From Planctomycetota bacterium (GTDB lineage: Bacteria; Planctomycetota; PLA2; JAEUHO01): a stretch of 64,000 nucleotides of DNA. The first letter of the stretch is position 1. The number at the start of each line of letters is the position of its first letter. The notes under the pieces were generated by a model, which saw only the letters and a program-made list of their open reading frames with translations, did not search any database and had not been told where the DNA came from. Below are positions 9,423-17,762 of the stretch, piece by piece. Location of the stretch: contig CBDCTJ010000007.1 of the NCBI GenBank assembly GCA_965222115.1, positions 2,304,001-2,368,000 on the forward strand, written 5' to 3'. Position numbers and translations under genes: made by a program.

Positions 9423-11378
9423 GTGAGCGCAGCAAATGGGGGTTTCAGGATTCTCCCGGCAGGCGACCCCGCTCATGACGTTATGACGTGGAGGACCATG
9501 ACGACCCACCAACGACGGCAACTGATGCGCTTGGTCACGCAGTATGCGCGGCGCGGTTGGTCTGTGGCGTATGGGCTCCTGCGCGATGCCGACGAGGCCT
9601 ACGACGCCGTGCAACAGGGCTACATGGTAGCGGCCCGGAAACCGCACGCGATTCCCGAGGACGATCCCTGGCCCTGGTTTGGTGTGGTGGTTGCTCACGA
9701 GGCGAGAAATCTCCGTCGCAAGAAGCGACCCACGACCAATCGCGATGTGCAGCCGAGCCTCGCAGTCGAGGGATCCGACCCGCAGGCGGTGACCCATGAA
9801 CGTGAGTTGATGCAGCGCGTTCGTGAAGCCATCGATTCGCTGCCGCTCGATGAACGCGATGCTGTCACGTTGATTCACATGACTGGTATGACCCACGCGG
9901 CGGCAGCCGAGGCGCTGGATGTGCCTCGACAGACCGTCACGCTTCGCGCCAAGCGCGGGTTAGAAAGGCTCGCCCACCGCCTTCGCGCGCCGTTGCCAGA
10001 GATTCCTCGTTATGTGGCGGGAATATCCGTCGCAGCGCCTACGTTTGGTTGGGATGTTGCAAAGGCACAGTGGAGTGCCAACGCCTTGACGTCATCAACA
10101 ATCGGGGCAACGACGCCGGTTGCAACGTCCGTCACTGCCGCAGGAGGAGTTGCCGTGGCAACGAAACCAATCTGGATCGTATCGCTCTTGACGGCGTTTG
10201 GCCTTGGGCTTGTGGGTGGGGGCGTATGGCAAGCCTCTCGCACGTCAGCGGCCGATGCGTCGGCGTCGCAACAGACAAAGGAAAATGCCAGCCTCACGGG
10301 TCCGTCCGATGCCACACCCAAGCTCAAGTCAAGTTCGTCGGAGGCGGCGGGTGATGAAGCGACGTCGGCCGAAGCGTGGGCGCGATTGAGATCAGAGAAT
10401 GAGATCCTGCGACGCAAGATGGAGGAACTCTCGAAGCGACTCGAAGAAGCCAAACGCAAGATTCCCGATCACAAGGGACCGCTATTCACCTTTGGGCCCG
10501 TTGGGCAACTGCCTGCCGTACGCGACGCCAATTGGCGCTATCTTGCACATGCATCCAAGGTAGTCAGCGATGTGCTCCGCGAACGATTGCGATATCGCGA
10601 TGCCGGGGAAGCCGTACCGAGAGAACTGAATATTCGCATGCAGGAACACACTGAACAGGTGCGTACCTACGAATACCGCACATTGGATCGCATTGCTAGC
10701 GACGCGAGACACAACGGGGAGCTCACACATCCCATTAGCCTCTGCAACCTTCTGGGGGCTATGGTGGAAGAAGCTGGCCATTCGCTCACCGAGGATCAAG
10801 TCGCAGCGATTACGACGTTGGGCAAGGTGTTTGATAAGCAGTACGAAGACCTGCGCAAGCAGCTCGAGGGTGCACCCCGCGTGAAACGGATCGTGGAGGA
10901 GTACCGATTGAAGGGGCGCTTTGTTGAGGACCTCAAGGGTGTGTTGACCCCGGAACAACGCGCCGTGGCCTACAACGAAGCCACGGAGGGCATGGCGGGC
11001 TTGGATCTCTATTGCCCCACGCTCATGATTCTGCACACCTCGCCGGTGATTGGCGGCACGAGCGCCGACGAGATTGGCACCAAGCTAACCGAGATACTCA
11101 TTCGTAAGTACGGCATTGCGGACGAGCATCAGGCGTCACTTGCACGCATCGTTGCTTCCTGGACTCAGGCTACGTCATCTCTTGTATCGAACGTCGTGCC
11201 AGAAAACCGCGTCCGCAATTACACGTTTGCCGAGGGCCTATCTGCCGGTGAAGCCACCGTTGCCCTCGTCGATCAACTGCTCCGCGATATCGAGTTGACA
11301 GACGAAGCCAAAAAGAAGGTCATGGATGACTACGCCATCTATGTGCCGCGTCGGGTTGTGGAGGGCGAGGGGAAGTAG
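9423..11378 (+). CDS. ECF sigma-70 factor with TM segment and long C-terminal extension
   Basis: Region 2 (DEAYDAVQQGY...WFGVVVAHEARN), region 4 (LPLDERDAVTL...EALDVPRQTV), TM helix, coiled coil. True start may be 9483 or 9498. Confidence 0.75.
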   Translation: MSAANGGFRILPAGDPAHDVMTWRTMTTHQRRQLMRLVTQYARRGWSVAYGLLRDADEAYDAVQQGYMVAARKPHAIPEDDPWPWFGVVVAHEARNLRRKKRPTTNRDVQPSLAVEGSDPQAVTHERELMQRVREAIDSLPLDERDAVTLIHMTGMTHAAAAEALDVPRQTVTLRAKRGLERLAHRLRAPLPEIPRYVAGISVAAPTFGWDVAKAQWSANALTSSTIGATTPVATSVTAAGGVAVATKPIWIVSLLTAFGLGLVGGGVWQASRTSAADASASQQTKENASLTGPSDATPKLKSSSSEAAGDEATSAEAWARLRSENEILRRKMEELSKRLEEAKRKIPDHKGPLFTFGPVGQLPAVRDANWRYLAHASKVVSDVLRERLRYRDAGEAVPRELNIRMQEHTEQVRTYEYRTLDRIASDARHNGELTHPISLCNLLGAMVEEAGHSLTEDQVAAITTLGKVFDKQYEDLRKQLEGAPRVKRIVEEYRLKGRFVEDLKGVLTPEQRAVAYNEATEGMAGLDLYCPTLMILHTSPVIGGTSADEIGTKLTEILIRKYGIADEHQASLARIVASWTQATSSLVSNVVPENRVRNYTFAEGLSAGEATVALVDQLLRDIELTDEAKKKVMDDYAIYVPRRVVEGEGK

Positions 11379-11388
11379 TAGACGTCCG

Positions 11389-11429
11389 GACCCCGCAAAA
11401 AAGTGCCGGGTGTAAATTTGCGAGGTTCG
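11389..11429. repeat. Palindromic ~40-bp repeat P, copy 1 (copy 2 at 42424-42465)
   Basis: CCCGCAAAAAAGTGCCGGGTGTAAATTTGCG is shared by both copies; CGCAAA/TTTGCG stem. Confidence 0.8.
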
Positions 11430-11437
11430 CGTGTCTC

Positions 11438-11628
11438 CCTTCACCCTTCACCCGTCACTCGTCACCCGTTACCCATAACCCGTACTCAAGGGCGGGCATC
11501 CGATGAACGATTCGCGCAGCCTTAACGTGGACGTGGACGTGGACGTGGACGTGGACGTGGACGTGGACGTGGACGTGGACGTGGACGTGGACGTGGACGT
11601 GGACGTGGACGTGGACGTGGACGTGGAC
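11438..11628 (+). repeat. Modular motif copy A: heptamer tract, core, (GTGGAC)17
   Basis: TCACCCG-like tract, CCCGTACTCAAGGGCGGGCATCCGATGAACGATTC, GTGGAC x17 at 11527-11628. Confidence 0.9.
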
Positions 11629-11812
11629 GTGTGGTGGCCACGTGAATACCGCTTGTGAGCGACACCCATAACGCACCGAACTGATTGTTGTGTGACGTGA
11701 AGGCTCACTGGGCAACACCCGCTTGGGAAGTGCTACGTGCATGCCCCATTCGCCACGAGGGCGAGGGCACGCACTCGCATTCCCGCGGGTGCTTCCTCGT
11801 GGAGATTCTCGT

Positions 11813-12199
11813 ATGTCACACAGCAATCAGTTCTCGGTTACTTCCACAGCGAGTCGACTTGAACGATTCGACGTATATCGAATCGCACGGCGTGCCGCGG
11901 CTAGCATTCACAAGCTCTGTGGATCGCTGCCTCGAGGCAACGCCGAGCTTGCGAGCCAAGCTCGACGAGCCTCTACAGCCGTTGTCCTCAACATCGCAGA
12001 GGGCATCGGACGTGCTGGCGCGGGCGCAAAACACCGCTCGTTCTCCATCGCGCGCGGCGAATGCGTCGAGGCGGCAGCAGCCCTCGACCTCATGCAGGCG
12101 ATGGGCATCCTTGCCGGTGCGAGTGCGGCCCCAACGCTCCGCGACCTGGATCGTGTACGTGCGATGTTGAATGCGCTCATTCGTCACTGGAGAGAGTGA
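11813..12199 (+). CDS. Four-helix bundle protein (TIGR02436/23S rRNA IVP/Avd-like), type A copy 1
   Basis: FDVYRIA...LPRG..ELASQARRASTAVVLNIAEG...FSIARGECVE; GGAG RBS; 128 aa. Confidence 0.85.
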   Translation: MSHSNQFSVTSTASRLERFDVYRIARRAAASIHKLCGSLPRGNAELASQARRASTAVVLNIAEGIGRAGAGAKHRSFSIARGECVEAAAALDLMQAMGILAGASAAPTLRDLDRVRAMLNALIRHWRE

Positions 12200-12217
12200 G
12201 AGGCGCCCATTCCAAGT

Positions 12218-12388
12218 TCCCGTCACCCGTTACCCGTACTCAAGGGCGGTCATCCGAAGATCGATTCACGCCGCTTTGACGTGGACGTGGACGTGGACGT
12301 GGACGTGGACGTGGACGTGGACGTGGACGTGGACGTGGACGTGGACGTGGACGTGGACGTGGACGTGGACGTGGACGTGGACGTGGAC
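12218..12388 (+). repeat. Modular motif copy B with (GTGGAC)18
   Basis: CCCGTCACCCGTTACCCGTACTCAAGGGCGGTCATCCGAAGATCGATTCACG, then GTGGAC x18 at 12281-12388. Confidence 0.9.
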
Positions 12389-12395
12389 GTGTATG

Positions 12396-12479
12396 TAGGC
12401 CAGGTGGGACTCGAACCCACATAGGTTTTCACCCGGGGGATTTTAAGTCCCCTGCGTATACCAATTCCGCCACTGGCCC
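12396..12479 (-). tRNA. tRNA-Leu(TAA)
   Basis: GGGCCAG/CTGGCCT acceptor, GGCGGAATTGGTATACGC D-arm, GGGGA-CTTAAAA-TCCCC anticodon arm, long variable arm, GGTTCGAGTCCC; CCA not encoded. Confidence 0.95.
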
Positions 12480-12900
12480 GCGGACGTACACGGTACCGCA
12501 GACGCAGCCGCTGGCTATCAGCGTGCATCGAGGGAATCGACTGCAAGATTTGCGATTCGGTTCACTGTGGAGTCGATCGCTTGCCAATCAAGAATCTCCC
12601 CTTCGCAATCGGATCGATGGGGCGAAGGTAGCGTGCGTTCGTGGAGGCCGCCGCGTAGTCCTCTACGCAAGAACGACACGGGCGTGCGGGACCGAGCATC
12701 CATCGGTCAGCACCTGAATCGGGCCCAGCATCTCGCATAACCCAATCTCATGACGGTGTGCTGACATGGGAGAAGACAAACTACCTACCTTCGCCCTGCG
12801 TCTCGATTGATCTGACCGAACTCGACATGCAGAACCCACTACACTGGTGCGCCATGAGACATTGTCCTTGAAGGTGCCTTGGGCGGGCAGGGAGGTCGTC

Positions 12901-13170
12901 GTGAAGCGTTTTCGATCGAGTCGCTACAAGTCGGTGCGAATGGCGACGATGGTATTTGCGTGCTTGGTGGGTGGGGGACTTCTCGGCTGTGCATCCAGTC
13001 CCGGCTGAGGCCCCGGAGGATGTGGTGACGGGCCGGAGGCCGCGTCCGATATTGCCATTGATTCTCCGGGTCGCGTACGTCGCAGCAGCTTGTTTCAGCG
13101 CGCCAGCCGACCGAACAAGAACACCAAGTACGGGGCGAACAATAAGGACTATTCGCACCCTTGGCCATAG
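12901..13170 (+). CDS. Small lipoprotein with in-frame TGA (13006-13008); candidate selenoprotein or pseudogene
   Basis: GGAGG RBS, GTG start, MKRFRSSRYKSVRMATMVFACLVGGGLLGC-ASSPG*GPGGCGDG...YGANNKDYSHPWP. The C-terminus resembles that of the downstream gene. Confidence 0.6.
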
Positions 13171-13241
13171 CGCTTAGTCGGGTCGCTTGCGATAACGACG
13201 GATCTGCTACGATGGAATCGCCTTGCGATAGGAGGACTCGA

Positions 13242-13457
13242 ATGTCACGCGCACACATTCGTTTAGCACTTGTACTTGCTTTCTTGCTTGTGCTTCCCGT
13301 GGGTCTTGCCGGTTGTCAATCGGAACGTGGATATACCGATGGCGTGGGCATTCCGTCGCCCTTCTCAAGCTCAGGGCGACCCGTATATTCCGGCAGCGAA
13401 GGCAGCCGCGAGGGTCTCGGCGCCAAGGACAAAGACTACGTGCATGCGTGGCCCTAG
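13242..13457 (+). CDS. Small lipoprotein
   Basis: GGAGG RBS, signal peptide with lipobox LAGC, C-terminus GAKDKDYVHAWP. Confidence 0.7.
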   Translation: MSRAHIRLALVLAFLLVLPVGLAGCQSERGYTDGVGIPSPFSSSGRPVYSGSEGSREGLGAKDKDYVHAWP

Positions 13458-13477
13458 ACCACACGGCACGCCAACTG

Positions 13478-13575
13478 CCCGTTTCCCGTATCCTCCGTCA
13501 CCCGTGTCCCCGTAATCCGTTACCCGTGTCCCCGTAATCCGTTACCCGTGAACCGCCCGATGATCGATTCGTCCC
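13478..13575 (+). repeat. Degenerate modular motif copy C (heptamer tract and partial core, no GTGGAC tract)
   Basis: CCGTCACCCGTGTCCCCGTAATCCGTTACCCG with a 22-bp unit x2, then CCGATGATCGATTC. Confidence 0.65.
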
Positions 13576-13614
13576 GCGTCTAGGAGGTCGAGAACAGATA
13601 GGCGAAGCCCATAT

Positions 13615-13678
13615 GCGCGAGACCCCGGTAAGCACCAGCGGATCTTTGATCCGCGCGGTGAGCATCGAAGGGTGGACG
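13615..13678. repeat. REP-like palindromic repeat R, copy 1
   Basis: GACCC..GTAAGCACCAGCGGATCTTTGATCCGCGC.GTG.GCATCGAAGGGT; also at 44021-44079 and 47847-47912. Confidence 0.8.
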
Positions 13679-13843
13679 GGAAATGGGAAACACCCGTCTC
13701 TATCGGAGGAGTAATTGATCGCCGCGAGTGGGCTCATCTCGCGCAGAGGGAACACGCCCCCTTATCGGCAGGCCAATAGCGTGCGAGTTGGATCATATAT
13801 ATCCATTTTGGATAATTTCTGGCCAGTATGGTGGGATCAGGGC

Positions 13844-14113
13844 ATGAATGTGTCACTCTCCGAGGATCAGAAGAAGTTCATCGAGGACGCCATCCAGGGC
13901 GGTCGCTACTTTTCGTCCGCTGAGGTCGTGCGTGCCGGACTTCGATTGCTCATGGAAAGAGAGGAATCACGAAGGGCGCAGCTTGAACGACTCAGAAACG
14001 GAATACAGCTCGGCCTTGACGACATAGAGAATGGCAATGTAGTTGACGCAGGAGAGTTTTTTCAAGCGTTGAGGGAGCAACTATTGGCCCGCAAGTCGGC
14101 TGCGGACGAGTGA
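13844..14113 (+). CDS. parD: Type II antitoxin, ParD family (RHH, CC2985-like)
   Basis: MNVSLS...GRYFSSAEVVRAGLRLL...LRNGIQLG; overlaps the toxin start. Confidence 0.85.
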   Translation: MNVSLSEDQKKFIEDAIQGGRYFSSAEVVRAGLRLLMEREESRRAQLERLRNGIQLGLDDIENGNVVDAGEFFQALREQLLARKSAADE

Positions 14114-14415
14114 GCCGAAGCATCCTTTCCGCACGTGCATCGAGAGACATTGATGCGATTGTGGCGTTTATCGCAGGTGACTCTATTGATGCGGCCCTTC
14201 GCATGATTGACGAATTTTACGACGCGTGCGCCCTGACCTTCGCTCATCCCGGAATAGGTCACGTCCGACCCGATCTTATTAATGACGACCATGTACGCTT
14301 TTGGTCAGTCCGCGCATTCTTGCTGATTTACCGCGTATTCGATTCGAAGCCAATCGTAGTTCGCGTCGTTGACGGACGCAGAGACGTCCCGAACATTCAA
14401 CTGGACAACGATTGA
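14110..14415 (+). CDS. parE: Type II toxin, RelE/ParE family
   Basis: LSARASRDIDAIVAFIA.DS..AA...HPGIGHVRPDL...VVRVVDGRRD. Confidence 0.85.
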   Translation: MSRSILSARASRDIDAIVAFIAGDSIDAALRMIDEFYDACALTFAHPGIGHVRPDLINDDHVRFWSVRAFLLIYRVFDSKPIVVRVVDGRRDVPNIQLDND

Positions 14416-14570
14416 CTCGCTTCTTCGTGTCCTTCGCGAGAGCCACTCCACTGCTTCTTGGCTCGTTCCGCGTTCCGCCGGCCTTAGCCCCCGCCAATTG
14501 CGTTCCACAACGCTTGCGCTCCCAGCGCCTCCGCAACATTGCGTCTCTGCGTGAGGCAAGTCGCGAACAG

Positions 14571-17500
14571 CTACGCCCCCAAATCATCCACCTTTAAGTC
14601 ATCTTCAATGTGTAGCGCGGGATCGTAGGGGAGATCGCGTTGCCAAGAATGGCCGAAGGCCCAGCGAAGGTTGGCGCGTTGGTCTTCGATGATGAGATAG
14701 AAGCAGGGGATAAGCACCAAGATGAGCAGCGTGGCGAATGCGAGGCCGAACACAATCGATACGGCCATGGGAATCAGGAACTGGGCTTGAAAGCTGGTTT
14801 CGAGCATGAGGGGCGCAAGACCCACGCATGTGGTGATGGACGTAAGGAGAATCGCGCGGACGCGACCGCGGGCGCCCTGAACCAACGCTTCGCGTGTGCG
14901 CATGCCGCTGCGACGAAGACGGTTGACGTAGTCCACAAGAATCAATCCGTCATTAACAACAATGCCTGCCAGCGCAACCGAGCCAATCATCGAAAGTAGC
15001 GTAAAGGGATAGCCCAAGAGTGCATGGCCGCCGATGGCGCCAACGAACGAGAATGGAATCACACCCATGACAATGATCGGCTGAACGTAGGAGCGAAACA
15101 CGATGGCAATGATCATGAAGATTACGAGCAGCGCGAGAGGAAAGAGGATCCTGAGAGACCCCAAAGACTCTTGAAGCTCCTTCTTTTCACCCTCAAATCG
15201 CACCGACGCACCACGAAACTCATTGCCGAGCGTGGCGAGTTTCGTCTCCAGAACCTTACTGATTTCATTGACGTTGGCCTTTTGCGTGTCGACTTCGGCC
15301 CGGACCGTGGCGGTGCGTTTGCCATCCACGCGACGCAATGCCGCGTAGCCGCGTTCGGTCGTGAATGTGGCGATCTCCGATAGCTTGGTGCGCTCGCCGC
15401 TTGGCAGTTGCACACGAATCTCACCAAGATCATCGAGGTTTTGACGGTAACGCTCCGGCAACATGACGCGAACCGTCACCTCGTCACGCCCCACTTGAAG
15501 GTCTTGTGCCTCGAATCCAAAAAGTGCGTTTCGAAGTTGAATGGCAAGGCCCGTCGTAGTGACTCCTAGGATCCGTGCGTCCGGGCGCAAGCGTATACGC
15601 GCTTCGAGTTTTCCGAGTTGTAGATCGTCATAGAGTTCTTCTACGCCGTCAAAGGAACGCACCAACTTGCTGACGTGTACGACGGCCCGTCGCAGCGTTT
15701 CTGGCTCGTCGCAGCGCACTTGAATCTCAATGTCGGGCCCCTGCGGGCCTCCACCCAGCGCCTTCCAGCTCAGCCGCTCAACGCCTGCAAACTCAGAGGA
15801 TTGCTTGCGTAGATCGCTCAGCAAGACGCCCGATACGCGCAATCCCTTGGATTCTCGATCTTCTGCGGGCACCAATTCCATGGTGACTTGTCCCACTGTG
15901 GCGGGATCGTTTGCGATCTCCTTACCGCGATCATTGAACGACGCACCCACGACCGTGAATACGGTTTGAACTTCCGGCTGCTTTGAGACCAGACGTTCGA
16001 TTGCAGCGAGTGTGCGCACGGTTTCTGCTTCGGGTGTGCCGGCCGCCATCTCAAGACGCGCGGTAACCGTTTCCGCATCGGTGTCCTGCAACAAGACGAA
16101 TGGAACAATACCGCCGGCAACCAGTCCAGCAGACGCCATCAACAGGCTCGTCACAAGCGCTACCGTCACGTAGCGCCAACGAAGGGCGAATCGAACGAGG
16201 CCTTCTAAGGCATTGGGGATGATGACTTCAAAGATCCGATGCCGCGCTTCCCCGAAACGATGGAAGAACCCTCGAAGGCCCGTAGCGTCCTTTCGGGTCG
16301 TCTTGTTGCCGTGGGCCAAATGTCCCGGAAGAATCAAAAATCCTTCGATCAAAGATACTGACAATGCGGCGATCACCACCACGGGCAATACGCCCAGGAA
16401 AGCACCCATACGTCCTTCAATAAACATGAGCGGCAAAAACGCGGCAATGGTCGTAGATACTGCCGCAATGACCGGCCACGTAACCTCGCGCGCCCCCAAC
16501 TCCGCCGCTGCAAGTGGTGCGAGGCCCTGTCGTCGTCGTCGAAAGATGTTTTCGCCAATGACAATGGCGTCATCCACGATGAGGCCGAGCACCACAATCA
16601 AGCCAAACATGCTGATGAGATTGATCGATGCACCAAATGCGTACATGAGAATAAACGTGCCCATAAACGACACGACCAAGCCAATAGCTACCCACAACGC
16701 GATGCGCAATTCCAAGAACACCGCAAGCGCGATCAATAGGAGAATGAACCCAGCCAACGCATTGCGCGTCATCAAATCGAGACGCTGGCGGATAAAGCGG
16801 CTGAGGTCCGTCGTGACCGAGAGTTTGACCGCGCCGCCCAGTTTGGTGGGGTTGTTCTTGACGTAGGCCGTCACCTGATCCGATATCTTGATTGCATCTT
16901 GCTCAGGTGACTTAAATACGTTGATCGAAATGGCTCGCTTGGAGGCAAATCGCCCCCGCGCTACGACATCTTCAAAGGCGGGCTGAATATCGGCGATGTC
17001 GCGCAGCAATACCGCCGTGCCATCGGGCCTTGTGACGACCACCTTTTCTTCCAGTTCTGCCACGGTGCGCGATTCACCGAGCGTGCGCACCCGTACATTG
17101 GACGTGAGTCCCTTGAGTTGACCGCCGGGGACGTCTTCATTGAGCGCCCGAAGGACGCGGCCGACCGTTTCAAACGTGAGCCCGTACTGCTCCAACATCT
17201 CAGGACGTAATGTGATGTGGTACTCGCGCTCACGCGAACCCGTAACAACGAGCTCTGTGACTTCGGGCAACTCAAGTAAATCGTCTTGAACCTCCTCCGA
17301 AATCGCTCGCAATCGCTCCTCACTCACGTCGCCGTGGACTACCACCGCAATGGCGGGAATGTAGGGCCGCTGCTCAACGATTTCGGGTTCTTCGGCACCA
17401 TCGGGCAAGTCGGGTTTGACCTTGTCGAGCTCGGCCCGCATATCTTCGAGCACCTGCGCGCGATCCGCGCCATCGTCTACTTTGCCAACGATGAGTGTGA

Positions 17501-17762
17501 CGCCTTCAAAGACCTCGGCGCGAATCTCCTCTACGCCAACGACATCTTCGATTTCACGCTCGATGCGGCGCGTGACGCTGCGTTCGATTTCCTCCGGTGT
17601 GGCACCTGGGTACGCAACGGTGATGAGAATCTGCTCGGCTTCAATGTTTGGAAAAAACTCCCGCAGGAGCTTGAACCAACACACGACGCCGCCTAGCAGG
17701 ATGCCCACCATAATGAGGTTGACGGCAACCGGGTTGCGAACCGAAAACCGTGGGATATTCAT
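14571..17762 (-). CDS. RND efflux permease, AcrB/AcrD/AcrF family
   Basis: 1063 aa, NPVAVNL N-terminus, GLIVDDAIVIGENI, RVRAILLTSITT. Confidence 0.92.
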   Translation of the reverse strand: MNIPRFSVRNPVAVNLIMVGILLGGVVCWFKLLREFFPNIEAEQILITVAYPGATPEEIERSVTRRIEREIEDVVGVEEIRAEVFEGVTLIVGKVDDGADRAQVLEDMRAELDKVKPDLPDGAEEPEIVEQRPYIPAIAVVVHGDVSEERLRAISEEVQDDLLELPEVTELVVTGSREREYHITLRPEMLEQYGLTFETVGRVLRALNEDVPGGQLKGLTSNVRVRTLGESRTVAELEEKVVVTRPDGTAVLLRDIADIQPAFEDVVARGRFASKRAISINVFKSPEQDAIKISDQVTAYVKNNPTKLGGAVKLSVTTDLSRFIRQRLDLMTRNALAGFILLLIALAVFLELRIALWVAIGLVVSFMGTFILMYAFGASINLISMFGLIVVLGLIVDDAIVIGENIFRRRRQGLAPLAAAELGAREVTWPVIAAVSTTIAAFLPLMFIEGRMGAFLGVLPVVVIAALSVSLIEGFLILPGHLAHGNKTTRKDATGLRGFFHRFGEARHRIFEVIIPNALEGLVRFALRWRYVTVALVTSLLMASAGLVAGGIVPFVLLQDTDAETVTARLEMAAGTPEAETVRTLAAIERLVSKQPEVQTVFTVVGASFNDRGKEIANDPATVGQVTMELVPAEDRESKGLRVSGVLLSDLRKQSSEFAGVERLSWKALGGGPQGPDIEIQVRCDEPETLRRAVVHVSKLVRSFDGVEELYDDLQLGKLEARIRLRPDARILGVTTTGLAIQLRNALFGFEAQDLQVGRDEVTVRVMLPERYRQNLDDLGEIRVQLPSGERTKLSEIATFTTERGYAALRRVDGKRTATVRAEVDTQKANVNEISKVLETKLATLGNEFRGASVRFEGEKKELQESLGSLRILFPLALLVIFMIIAIVFRSYVQPIIVMGVIPFSFVGAIGGHALLGYPFTLLSMIGSVALAGIVVNDGLILVDYVNRLRRSGMRTREALVQGARGRVRAILLTSITTCVGLAPLMLETSFQAQFLIPMAVSIVFGLAFATLLILVLIPCFYLIIEDQRANLRWAFGHSWQRDLPYDPALHIEDDLKVDDLGA

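Noticed and set aside
11813-12199. 23S rRNA intervening sequence
   Set aside because: No rRNA sequence flanks any four-helix-bundle gene.
11455-12546. ORFs with VHVH, STST, WTWT, RPRP or VDVD runs (also near 41107, 46974 and 47475-48049)
   Set aside because: They are translations of the stop-free (GTGGAC)n tract in all frames, not real proteins.
12781-13258. Minus-strand ORFs of 125 and 139 aa
   Set aside because: Atypical composition; better explained by the + strand lipoprotein frame with RBS, lipobox and a paralogous C-terminus.
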